From Vitrella brassicaformis CCMP3155 (taxonomy: Eukaryota; Protista; Chromerida): a stretch of DNA of 64,000 nucleotides. Each line of letters begins with the position of its first letter. The first letter of the stretch is position 1. The notes beneath the pieces were generated by a model. The model was not told where the DNA came from. It did not search any database and saw only the letters and a program-made list of their open reading frames with translations. The position numbers and the translations under genes are program-made. Positions 48,056 through 60,192 of the stretch are shown here, piece after piece. The DNA is taken from NCBI GenBank assembly GCA_001179505.1, contig CDMY01000635.1, positions 1 to 64,000 of the forward strand, written 5' to 3'.

Positions 48056-49419
48056 TCCGGGAGGCCCTGAACAAGCTCGGTGAGCAGACACACACACAAT
48101 GAATGGACGACTCAGCGAGAGTATCCACGTGCTTCGTCTGGCCGTGTGTGCGCCCCAGAGTTCTTTTGGCCGCGATGCGAGAAGCGCCGGACCTTTTATT
48201 GCTTCCGTCAGCTCTCGAAAGAGATGGATCGGAAGAAAGGCAGCCTGCCCAAAAGGTCGGCCATCTTCGACAGCCATGGAGAGTTCCGCCGATCTGTCCG
48301 CCGTGTCAATGTGTTGATGACCGACCAGAGCCTGCCTCAACCGCTGGTCAACGTCCTTTTCGACCGGTTTGCCCACCCGAGGCACAACAAGGTCACCAAG
48401 AAGAGCATGAAGCGAGCACTGAAGCGCCTGCATCCTGAAGGCCACAAGCGAAAAAAGAAAGTCAAGAACCTCACCTTTCCTGACTTCTCGCGGGAGATCA
48501 TGAGAAGTGATCCGCTGGCTGTGGACGACCCGCCTGGCCTGTTTAGCAACTGGACACTTCTGCCGTGGCGAAGGAAGAGCGATGCTTTGGTGGATGCACC
48601 ACCGTATTCCGTGCCTCAGGCGGTGAGGGTGCCGGGGTGTCGAGCACTGAGGCGACTGCCCACAAAGGTCGTCATGCTTGACGTGGACGGTGAGCGGAGA
48701 GCACCAACAGGTGCGTGCAATCGCGTTGTCCGTTTGTTGTCAGGTGTGCTGCATCCTCTGATTGGTCAGCCGAGGTTTCAGGAGGGCAATATGAGGGAGC
48801 TGGGCAGGATTGTCAACGAGACAGGGGCCCGGATTGTGCTGTCAAGCACCTGGCGGCTGCTACCAAGGACGACAAGAACGTATGAGCAGACAGAAAAGAG
48901 CCGGTCATCTGTCATTGCATCCATAGCCTACATCAACCTGTCTTTTGTCTGCAGTGTGAATCGGAAGCTGGAGGATGCGGGATTAGCGCCCATTGTGGGC
49001 AAGACACCTTGCCGACTCGATTTCTGGCAGAGGCACGCCCGGAGTCCACACAGATATGCCATTCCCATACATAGGCGTGTGTGGCCTCCGTTTTTCCTTC
49101 CAGGCACAAGGAGATCGTCGATTGGTTGAGGGAAAACCCATACGTGCAGCGTTGGGTAGCTCTAGATGACCATGCGCTAAGTCTGCCTTCAACACACTTC
49201 ATCCAGTGAGAGCAACAAACGGTACCCACACTGTGCGTCTTGCCATTTGTGTTGCGTTGGATCAGAACGAACGGCATGGTCGGCCTGACATCCAGGGAGG
49301 CGGACCGTGCGATCTCGCTTCTGAACGGCTGGACAAGACCGGTGCCGCCGCCAGAGATCTTTGCGCACATAGGGTTGCGTCAGAGGGTCTCTGGGCTGCT
49401 GCCTAAACCTTTTCGATGA
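47675..49419 (+). CDS. HAD-superfamily 'Swiss Army Knife RNA repair-like' (HAD_SAK_2) protein with N-terminal hydrophobic signal
   Basis: MTLLVVICICLLFLSLIDS signal-like start. VVMLDVDG|VLHP, LGRIVNETGARIVLSSTWR, IVGKTP, EIVDWLRE...WVALDD...HFIQ|TNGMVGLTSREADRAISLL. TGA at 49417-49419. Confidence 0.8.
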
Positions 49420-49715
49420 CCTGTCGACGCGTGTCTGTGTGTGTGTGTGGATGGACTCATAACGCTCATGCCTTCATCTGTAACATTTATGTCTTCAGCC
49501 AGCCATCCATCACACACAGGGTATGAGCTGAGCAACCTGGCCGGCCCCCCTTCTCAATCCGGGAAACGGTACGCAAGTAGGAGAAGTACGCGAGTAGGAA
49601 TGTCAAACAGGACAGGAGCTAGGAAAGCACGTTGTGTCTGTGCCTGCCCTCTTGTCTGTCAGCTGATTGCTTTTTTTTGCCTTTGCTTCCCATCGACTTC
49701 ACTTCCGCCGCCGTC

Positions 49716-50115
49716 ATGCCTTCCTTCGTGCCCGTTGAGCAGGCGGCCTTCGAGGTCGGCCAGCGGATGCAGAACGACCACCAGCTGGTTCAGGAGGCAG
49801 AGGAGGCCTTCCGCACCGTCTGCGAGCAGGATGCTGAGATCCAGCTGGCCGCGAGAGATGCGGAGAGGGTCCAGCTGCAGAAGCGCAGAGAGGCGATCCA
49901 GCTATTTGGCTCGGGGGAGCGTCAGGACCTGCCGACCTGGTCGGCTGGACGTGCTTGAACTACAAGGTGCGCAAGCACGACGGCTTCGCGCGCTTGCTCA
50001 AGGTCAAGGACAGCCGCCTGAAGGGATTCGTCAACGCCACCGATTCAAGAAGGCCTCGCGGGAGAAGCGCTACGACAAGTGCGTGGATCTCCTTTTGCCC
50101 GACTACATGTACTGA
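49716..50115 (+). pseudogene. Intronless ~133-codon ORF broken by two single-base deletions
   Basis: Three consecutive GC3-rich frames: MPSFVPVEQAAFEV...QDL (ATG 49716), DLVGWTCLNYKVRKHDGF...FVN (from 49934), HRFKKASREKRYDKCVDLLLPDYMY* (50038-50115). Each junction is one base short (CC at 49932-33, GC at 50036-37). Confidence 0.65.
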
Positions 50116-50456
50116 TGTACACGATGCTTGTACTTCCTTGAAGTGCTCTCATGCCTGATGTTGCATGGAAGGGATATGGCAATGCGGGCAATTCGTTATC
50201 TCAATCTCTCGATCCCTTTGTTTGTGGTTGGGCGCCCAGAGTTTTTGCTAGAACATGGGACGGTCAGCCAGATCTGTGCTCGTGGGACTTCGTCAATCAG
50301 TTCAATCCTCTTGGGGACGCTTCCACGGCAGAATGTCATCTGTACACCGACGGCTATACATCACACACCGGGCCACGGGCGACGCATGTTTTCGTAAACT
50401 CCGTCGGCTGGCTGGGGGCGTCCGGCGTCTCGGGGCAGCGAAATTCTCTGTCACAC

Positions 50457-53400
50457 ATGGAAACGTCACCAAATCACCTCGACGTCGAACTATCAGACGT
50501 CCGCTACACCCCCGACAAGGTAGAGGAGGAGGACTGGTGTCCCGCCACCTTTCTCCCATGTGTTTTTTCTTCAGCTCCTCTTGCTGCTCGACGGAGTGGT
50601 CGTGGCCCGACTCAAGCAGCGGTTCTTCAACCAGCCAGACAGGGACGCAGATGGCCGGCGCGCCGTTCGTGACCAGGTTCTCTCAAGAGCACGGCAAAAG
50701 CGGAAAAGAAGACGCGACACCGCCCTGAAGGATGGCAAGGTCGCCGCCCTCCGGGATGATGAAGGTACTATAGGATGACTCAAAAGAGCTCTGTACTGAA
50801 GTGTTGTTTGCTCATTACACTCAGGGTTGACGCTGATGGAGTTCCTTTCCACGCTGCTTGAGGAGCTTCCCGCCCCGCCACATGAGGAGCTGGAGCTCTG
50901 CGAGGGGCTCTGTGGTGGGAGCTCTTGCCTGCATCACTGATGAAAAATGTCATATTTGGAGTGACTCCTGGTCTCCTTCTTTTGCTCATGAACAGAGCTC
51001 TTCACAGAAACTGATGAGAACCAGGATCACCGACTGCAGTGGTAGACAGGCAGTGTCACTGGATGACCTCTGCTCCATCGACTGAATGACCTGTGCTTTA
51101 CAATCTGTTGCAGGCAAAAGTTCACTAACCTCCTCGCCCAGTCGCCTCCCAAGACACACGGCCTGTACCACATCGAAGAGAGGACCACACCTGTCCAGCC
51201 CACGTCCGCGGCTGCCCCTCCTGCCACTGATGACAAAGGGGCCTCCCCTCCGCCACAGCGTGCAGATTTGCTCCATCAGCCGTGTCAGCGCTACAAGTGG
51301 AGCAAATGTGTCGACAGCTCTCTTCATGGCGGGGAGGAAGGAGGCGTGGAGAAGGCGCGATGGCTCAGTGGCGTCGGCTGCATTGGCGTGTGTGAAACAG
51401 GACTTAGTGCGCTGAAGATCTATTCACCACAGCTCAAGCTTGTGCGGGAGCTCAAGCTGCCAGGCACCGGTCAGACAAAAACGCAGAGAGCTGTGTTGCT
51501 TGTGTCACCGCCCGGCACAGGCAACTCAGTCCAAGTGTGTCACTGCAGGGTGGTGCCTCGGATGTGCATGCAGTCGCTACACGCCCGGCAGCACCATGGC
51601 AGACGAGATGCCTCTGGTCGGCGCCGCAGCCGTCGCCCCGTCCCCCCCTCCCTCCATCGAGACGCGCAGCTCCCCCACCTGCAAACCGCCTCGTGGCACG
51701 TTGGTCTTCTGGGACCCTCTTGCAACGTATAAAGTGTCGCTGGCAGTGCCGTGTCCGGTGGTGCAGACGGACATCTGGTGGGTGGGGCTGGGCGGGGGAC
51801 GAGGCAGGTGGATAACGGCGGGCGTCGACAATCGCCTGAGATTGTGGGACATGAACCCTAGGTTTTCAGCCGCCATGTCTCAGCAGACGGGGCACTTGGC
51901 TCTCAGAATGGGGCACTCAGACCGTGTCACTGGACTTGTGGAGCTCTCCAACCGTCAGCAGGTGGTCACTTCAGCGTTGGATGCGCAGGTGATCTTCTGG
52001 GACGCCAACTCGATGCAAATCAGCAACAGGTACGTCAACAGAAGAACGCTGGCCAGTCTCTTCAAGGGGACTTGTCGTCTGCTGGCCCCCAGGATCAGAA
52101 CTGGCCGCGTGGGCATTCACTCAATTGACCACATCGACTGCTATGGATTGCTCGTCACGGCTGGCTTCGAACCAAGTGCGTCTCTCTGGGATCCTCGGAC
52201 ACACTTATACAAACCACTCGTAGGCAGACATGGTGCCTCGGCCATGTGCACTTATTCGCAGCCTACACCCACCCTGTGCTTGTTTGTGTCGGCTGTGGTA
52301 GGCAGGTGGGCCGTCTTGGCGGCCATGGTGCGCCTCTCCGCTGCTGTGCTGCGGTGCCCAACACAGCGACAGCTGTCACCTGTGACCAAGCAGACGTCAT
52401 CAAGCTCTGGGACGTCAGAAAACGCGAGGCAAGTAGACTCTTATGCGCCTGTGAATGAGCGTGAATGGTTGTGTTTTCTTCTTCCCTCTATGGATTTGCA
52501 GTGCTACCAGATCATCAGCCCGGTCCATGCGGCTGCGTATTCAGTCGCAGACCGTCACATCCGCGGCATCCACACCCTCATCTGCCTCTCACCCCCGCCC
52601 ACGCTCACAATCAACGCTGACGGCGAGATAGCGCCAGCAGTGTCACGGGACAAGACTGTGCCTGCGGCTGCTACTGGCGAGGAAGACGATGAGGCAGACG
52701 ATGACAAAAGCGACCATGAAGGCGACGTTGACATCCACCGGGAGATATTTCAAGACAACGAAGACGAGACCATCAAGCTGCCAAGTGGCCCAGCTCAGGT
52801 CCTGACGGCTGGTCGGCGTCTCGGCTTGCTGAGCCACGCCATCCGCGAAAAGAGCACCCGAGAGATTGAGGTCGACCAGCCGCTGTCAATACTCATTAAT
52901 TACATGACTGCGAAGTTGTGGGTGCTGAAGAGAAAGAGCATCGCCATCTTCAGTCTTGACGACGGAGAGGAGAAGCGGCAGCTGTATCCACTGGGTGACG
53001 CTGACGAGACGGGCGACAAGGAGCTGACCTGCTGCTCTCTCGATGGGTGCTGGCAGCGCTTCATCGTTGGCGACGATCGAGGAGGGATCTCGATGCACTT
53101 CTGCGGATCAGGTGAAGAACTAAGTTGGTCATCCGACTGACTCACCTGCACGTGTCTCGCCATGTTTGTCATGTCATGCAGGCGAGAGGATCGTCTCCTT
53201 GAGGGGCCACGAGGGCTGCGTCGTGGCCGTGATATTCTGCGTCAAGCAGAAGCTCGTTCTGTCCGCTGCCCTCGATGGGATGGTGAGGATATTCTCGGAC
53301 AAATGGAGGGACAGAAAGGTGCCGCTGGAGAAGATCCTCCCCATAGCCTGTGGAGACATGAGCCTGGTCCTCTCTTCGTCATTTGACGTGGCATTCGCCC

Positions 53401-56400
53401 CCGACGACTCGAACGAGCTCAGTGTCTGGGACATAGCGCATCCATACGAGCGGACATCGGTCCAGGTCGGTCAATTGAATGGGCTTGTGCACACAAAGTC
53501 TGATATTCTTCTGCCCCCCTGCCACACACAGGCTCCCCCGCTGACGAGCTACTACTTGGAGGAGGACCCGACGGCAGAGCCTGAGGAAGAGGACGACAGA
53601 TTGGAGGGGAACGTATCGACTGCCTGCAGTCTGGAGCCCCTCGACGTCTTGGCAACCACCAGCCACTCTGGACAGGTGGTTTTGTGGAGCCTCAAGGAGG
53701 CAAAGGCACCATCTCGGCTGCCGAAACTCACACCAGTCATCGCGTGAGACAGACGGTGGCGGAACGCACCCGTGGCTCAGGTCGTTTTGTATTTGCGTCC
53801 TTCTTGCTGGTCAGTCTTCAGATCATTGATGAGGCTCGCGCTGCTGACGTCTTCAGTCCGACTGTCGTGAAGCACACGATTGAGACTCCCCCTCCCCCAG
53901 GCGGCACCCAAAGGCCCAGGCCCAGGTCCCTCAGCCCTCTGATGGAAAAGTGTGAGGCGTTGCTGCCCTCGGAATGGTTCAGGGAAGACACGGCCGACAC
54001 GGACCCACCCATCAGGCAGAGATTGGAAGAGGGAAAGAGCCTCACTGAGAAGACTCATGAGCAGCGATTTCAGCGATTGAAGGCCCTGCTGGACACCCAG
54101 CTTTCCGTGTCGCAGCACGAGATGGCCATGAAGGCCCGTGCGACAAGAAAGGCGGCGGGATTGGCTTGGTCGGGGTCGGCCTCGCCCCTGTCGTCGGCAG
54201 ATGGCGCCAAGGCACATGAATCGGCCGGTGTGAGAGACACACACACAGCCCAGTCAGCGCAGAAAAGGCCCCTGACCACGGCGCAGTCGACTCGGTTCTT
54301 TTCTGAGGCTGGAGAGTCGACTGTTCCGGAGGACTCTCCCCCCGCCTCGACAACCTCGACGACGACTGTCCCCCTGAAGCTGCCCGGGCGGGCCTCCCGC
54401 CTTTCCGTTACTGGGAGGAAGAGTAAAGGACGGACACAGTCCATCATCGTCGGTGGGTGGCTGGCAGTGAGGACCCTAAAGCCACAACGAGCGAAGCATA
54501 TGTCTGTTCGATGGTTTGTGAACTGCAGATGTGGCAGAGAAGGTCTTGGTGATAATTGGTGACGCTGAGGGTAAGAAAGGGATCAATCCCCTCGTCGCAA
54601 GCTTGGATGGATTTGTGTGTGTGGTGCATGCCAACAGGTTTCATCCGTGTGGTCAATGTGGCGCAGTGGCTTCAGTCATTCGGCCTTTCCCCCTCTCGCC
54701 GCACGAGGCCCCAGTACCCGCTGTCTTTCGCTAAAACCCCGGCTGAGGCTGCGGGGGGCAACAATCGAGAGGGCCATCACCCCCCACAAAGACCAGCCAT
54801 GAAGCCAGCACTCACCCGGCGTCAGTCGTCAGGACTGTCAGGGGACTTCGGACTTTCAGGCGCCAGGCGCCGGTCGTCGCGGAAGCGAACACTTACGTTT
54901 GCGTGGGACAAGATGACGGAGACGACGGCGACAGTCACGGCTTTACCATCGCACAAATGGCATGCGCACACGGAGAGGGTCAGCGGGATCGAGGTGCTCA
55001 TGGGCCGCAAGTACGGCGGGGGAGAGGGACTGGTTACGAGCTCTCTGGACTTCCATGTGAAGATATGGAGTATCAGTGGACAGCTGCTGGGCACCATCGA
55101 CACGAGACTGTCAACCAACCCCACAAAGTGGACGCTAAATGAACACTTGGCCTTCCGTCGGCCGGCAGCGTTCAGATACCAAGCCAACCGTGCTCTCCAG
55201 ACCATCTATGGTGGGCCTGACAAGTGGCAAGACAGACTCGACGTAGGTCAACCTATGACGAAGAAAGTAGAGGACGTATGATCTACTCTACTCTTTCTTC
55301 AGGGCCACTACCGGCACCGGATCACCGAGGCTGAGCGAGCATTGCGGGAGAGGGAGAGACTCGAGGCGGACATCAAATACACCTTTGAGGCCCCAAGTGA
55401 CCAAGCCGCTCAGAAGCGCAAAGGTTCTCATCCCCTGCCTGTGGAGTCTTCGTCGCAGCCTCCACATCTGATGTCTGTGTCTCACTCCGAACCTGCAGGC
55501 ACGCCTGAGAGGAGGATCATAGAGTGGGTGCTGCCCGGCCCGTCATCCTCTCCCCCCTCCCCTCGCCCTTCTCCCGCCACCGAATCAAGCCATGTCATCA
55601 CGGGGGATGAGGCGCCGATTCTACACAAGGCCAGTCCGCAGTTTGCCCACCGCTCATCCGCTGTCCTGCAGCTCGACCAGAAGCTGCAGCGGGTGACTGA
55701 CACCTTTCCACAGAAGCGGAGAGTCCTGATGGAAGCGGGCACGGGACCCCAAGGCCTCAAAGACATGTATGTATGGGGACGAAAGAACGCCGAGGAAACG
55801 CATCGCATCGCATCGTCTGTGTACGGCGTTTGGTTGTCAGGATGAGTTTGACGTCTTCGCTGACTGGTGGTGGTGGTGGTGCATCGCCGGTACATACGAT
55901 GGCTGACGTCGCTCGCTTCGCCACCACACTCAAGCCGGCGGTGCAACAACAACAGAACCTTACCGCGTCCCTCCGGTCGGCAGGCGGTGTGGCCAACCAG
56001 CGTCGCCAGTCCATTACCCGAGGGTCTGAGGGCTCTATGTTCTCGCGGGCGTCAAGTTTCGTCATGTCGCAAATTGCACAACCGGGTAGCGGGAGAGACG
56101 GGCCATGTCTTATGAGCGTGTGACTATGGTCATGCTCTCTTCGGCAGGTCTGTCTTCATTGTCGACCCGGCTGCCGTCTCGTGCGCTCCAGTCGCAGCAG
56201 GGCCACACCACCAGTATGCAGCAGATACCTATCCAAGAGATGAGGGTGAAGCCAAAGCAGCAGGAGGACCAGGCATCCGTGGCACAAGACAGCGCTGCCC
56301 TCGGCGCCTCCTCCTCTGTGCCCGCTCTTCACTCGGAGCAGCGGCGGCCCGCGTGGGATAAAAGGGACGCCATAGCGCCCTGGCGATCTGTCATCTGCCG

Positions 56401-56551
56401 GAAAGGCGAGACACGTCGTGTGATGCGCGCATCGGTGTGGAAGCAGATGGACGAGTACCCCATACCCTTGACGGACTATGACAGGCGACCCCCTCCGTCC
56501 AGCCGCAGACGGGGGCGGGGTGTAGGGGCTAAGGCAGGCAGGCTGACTTGA
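50457..56551 (+). CDS. Second EF-hand + WD40 repeat protein (WDR49/WDR64/EFCAB8-like)
   Basis: GLTLMEFLSTL, ELFTETDENQDHRLQW (EF-hand). WD40 repeats WITAGVDNRLRLWD, GHSDRVTGL...VTSALDAQVIFWD, LLVTAGFEPSASLWDP, FIVGDDRGGISMH, LRGHEGCVVAV, WHAHTERVSGI...LVTSSLDFHVKIWSISGQLLGTI. Long low-complexity C-terminus. Confidence 0.75.
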
Positions 56552-56956
56552 CGTATGTGTGCAAGAGAGAGGATTTTGGCGATTTGTGAGAGAGAGACGT
56601 GCTGGTTTTGCCCTTGTGTGATCTGTGGGATTTGCGTGAGTCTTGTGAGTAGCCAAGGGTGTGTGGATCTTCGATGGACTGTCACAAGGGCGGCAGCCTA
56701 GCCCTTGTTGAGCGAGACATAGTCAGTTGACTCATCCACTGATGCATTCCATTCACGCGTTGTCTACCGCCGCAAGCACATACAAGGTCCCCTCCTTCTA
56801 CCTCGCACCACATATACCATTGGCCGGCACCTTGCGCACGTCTGGCTGTGCTATGCTACACACATGCAATGACTGACTGACGCACCCAACCACCGTCAGC
56901 GCCGCACAATCGACTCACACAAGCTATCTGCAGACAGCCATCCCCGGCCCACCCCC

Positions 56957-58915
56957 TCACTGGCCCCCCGCCCCGGCCTCGTCTGAGTCACGCTGATCTG
57001 CGTGCTCCTCACTCGCTGCCGCTCTGCCGCCCTCGCCACCCTCCTCATTGCTGTCATCGTCGTGCACCGAGAAGTCGATGCCGCTGCACATTGCCAACCA
57101 ACGACATCCACAGCAATTAATCGAGTTAACCGGTTGACGGGCGCCCATCCCTTCCCATGGATTTGTCCTGGTGAATGCATGTTCTTTACTCACCTGGCGG
57201 CGCCGCCGACGAGCAGGAGTGCCAGGTCGGTGATGTCCTGGTCACACTTGGCCTTTCTTGCCTTGCGCTGCAGCCATTTGAGGAAGTCGAGCTGGTCCTG
57301 CCAGAGGTCCTTCATCTTGGGCCGCAGCTGGCGGAACACGTCCATGGCCACCTCCAGGTTGAACCGGTCGGGGTGCGACCCCCACGTCGCATCGAAGTCA
57401 GCCGTCATCGTCTGGAAAAACTGGTGGACACACAAAATACCATACCACATCACACACGTGTGGTCATTCCTCTCTCTGTCTCTCTCCACTGGCTGGCTGT
57501 GTGTGTACCTGGAAGACCTTCCGTGGCCCCCACTGTTTGCGGTCTTTGGCAAAGGGTCTGTGGTACTTGAGGAGGATCCTGAACCGGCTGTTGACGCGGA
57601 ACGACGTGCGAAAAACCTGTGGGATGGTGGACGGCAACACACACACAGCCGGTGTTTTTACTTTGATGTGCCTGTCCTGTCTGCGGAAGGAAGACCTGGA
57701 AGTCCTCGAAGAGGGGCAGGAAGAGGCTGAGCATCAGGAGGTCCTGGTACCGCAGCGTCATGACCAGCAGCATGTGGCCGCCCTCGCGCAGGAATGTCAG
57801 GGCCAGCCGGTAGACGTTGCGCGTCAGCCGCATGCGGTAGTTTCGCTGCTGGTCGTCCTCCTTGGTGACGACGTCCTGCTGCCCGCGGTGGATGATGGCG
57901 CCGTGGTGCACTACATCGAAGAGGGGCACGTCCCCGCCCCTGCCGTGGTGGTGCCGCCCGCCGCCCGCCCGGTGCTCCTCGAGTGAGCGCTGGATGACGG
58001 GCTTGAGTCGCTCGAAGGCGTCCTCGGTGCTGAGGTCGTCCCAGAGGAGGTTGATGGACTGCTTGTTGCGGTAGACCATCTGCATCCCGTGCATGTGCGG
58101 CGGCAGCGTGATGCCCGTCACCTTGGCACGGCAGTCCTCACACCAGAACTTCACCGCACCGCCTGGCGCAGCACCGAACTCGAGGACACACGCGTTGCGG
58201 GGCAGCTCGCGCGTCTCCTTGGGCTCGTAGAAGGCCAAGTTGGGCATGCCCACGCGATACGAATCGTAGTATGACGCCTGCAGACACGACACGCACACAA
58301 GACACGCAGCCGACAAGTGATGTGTCTGCACATGATCTGTGTGTGTGAGTTGGCTGAGGACGCACCACATGGTCGAAGTGGCCGGTCGCCCCGCGCCCCC
58401 TGATGTCCCGGTTGCTGAAGATCTGCTTGCGGCGGTCCCACACGGCGCCGAACTGCTCGTCCTGCCACCCCTGGTCACGAACCTGCGTCAGCTCGGCATA
58501 CAACCTGATAAATGGGGAAGGGGAATGTATGGCACACAGACAGGATCAGGTCTACAGACTCACACCATACCATGGATGTTGTGTGTCATCTATCTCATCA
58601 TTCACTTACGAATCCTCCTCACACATCCATGCGGACAATATCTCGTTCTCAGCCTCGCTGCAGACAGACGACAGACACGACAAGCAGCCGCACACAATAC
58701 AACACATCACATCAGCCCGTTGCGGGTGGTGCGGTGCACTGATGAATGTGATTGCACCCTTTCTCGCTTGTCTCGAACTTTTGGAACTCATCGGTCTCTG
58801 CGTGGTGGGGGTGCTGCCCGTTGGCCTGGTGCGATGGGGAATCGGCCGACCCATCCTGCGAATGAGTCGCATCCTCCTGATGCGGGATATCCGCTGGCTC
58901 TTCTGCCGTCGCCAT
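56957..58915 (-). CDS. FtsJ/RrmJ-fold SAM-dependent methyltransferase-like protein
   Basis: SAM motif CVLEFGAAPGGAVKF, KVTGITLP, LLWDDLS, LALTFLREGGHMLLV, FEDFQVF. Spliced from MATAEEP... (an alternative ATG lies at 59050) to an acidic last exon ending with TGA at 56957. Confidence 0.7.
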
Positions 58916-59241
58916 TGGTCTACGGATGCCTTGTCCTGCCCCTGCCCCTGCCCCTTTCCTTTCGTCTCCTGCTTTCTTGCGAGCTGTTGTGCTCCTGTCG
59001 ATCTCGCAACAGATCTGATCCCTCCCCGCAACAGAGGCAGCTACGGGCATCTTTGAGCACTGGCCTTCATCCTTTCAGCACGAGGGACTCGCCGCACCGG
59101 TGCACCCAGTTTGGCCGCCTGCCGAGCGGCTTGACGGCATCTGATTCATTCATCGTGCCACCTGTCGTCCCTCACTCACTTCCCTCTGACCCTGTTGGTT
59201 GTATCGCCTCGCATCGCCTCCATTGATGCCTGCGATATATC

Positions 59242-60192
59242 ATGTGGAAGGATGCCCAGTACAGACCGACGCGGCTCGGCGGGAAGATCCACAGGAAGGT
59301 GGCCTTCTGGCAGAAGGTCGAGTCCACCTACTGGAACCCGCTGCTGCTCTTCATCAACCTGCCCATTTACGGCGTATTCTACTGGCTGGCGCCCTGGGCG
59401 AGGCCGTTCGAGCTGCCTGGCGATGCGGGGGAGGAGCGGCCCGGGGAGCACCGGGTCACAGTGGGGTGCATCAAGAAGATCTACCGGCAGAAGTACCGCA
59501 ACAGGAAGGACTACATCTTCCAAATCATATCCCCCGAGTCTTTCTGGTACGAGAACCCCGTGGTGGCCTTCCGCGGCAAGCTGCCCTTCATCGCCTGGAC
59601 CGTCCTGCTCAAACCGCAGTTTGAAGGTATGGATGGATGGTATGGGCTGCGGTGACGAAAAATGACTGAGTGAAGAAGGCCAGACCAGACCAGACCAGAC
59701 GAGGTAGTCTTCATTCATTGTGCTCTTCTGTGCGTGTGTGTGTGTGTGTGTGATGCACACAGCTGAGTTGGTGGATTGGTACGTCAAGACGTACCAGAAG
59801 GCCATCGTGATCCACTGCAAGTTCAGATACACTCACAGACGGCTCACCTGGTGGACATTCGAACTCCCAAGTGAGCCACACACCGCAGACAGACACACAC
59901 TCACCTAACCCACACACATGGCTGGCCGTCTGTTGGCCTCTGCTATCATATCAACCACATGCCATGCCATCGATGTGTTGGTTGCTATGTGTGTGTGGAC
60001 GGCTGGATGTGATGTGCGGATGGATCAGACACGATATACTGTCAGCTGGATGCCAACGGTCTGGTAACTCGGTGGTTGGAGCAGTGGCACGGTCTGCAGC
60101 TGCTCTTCCTCACCTGGCTGGTCCCCGTGCACAAGTGGATCATATTCGGATTCCCTATCACAACCGCCGCCGTCTGGTTCAACCGCTTCTGA
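59242..60192 (+). CDS. SnoaL/NTF2-like fold protein, 3 exons
   Basis: FWYENPVVAFRGK (compare Y..DA.F.DP...G), ...TFELP|NTIYCQLDANGLVTRWLEQWHG (compare LxLDxxGKIxxHEDxW). Hydrophobic N- and C-terminal segments. TGA at 60190-60192. Confidence 0.6.
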
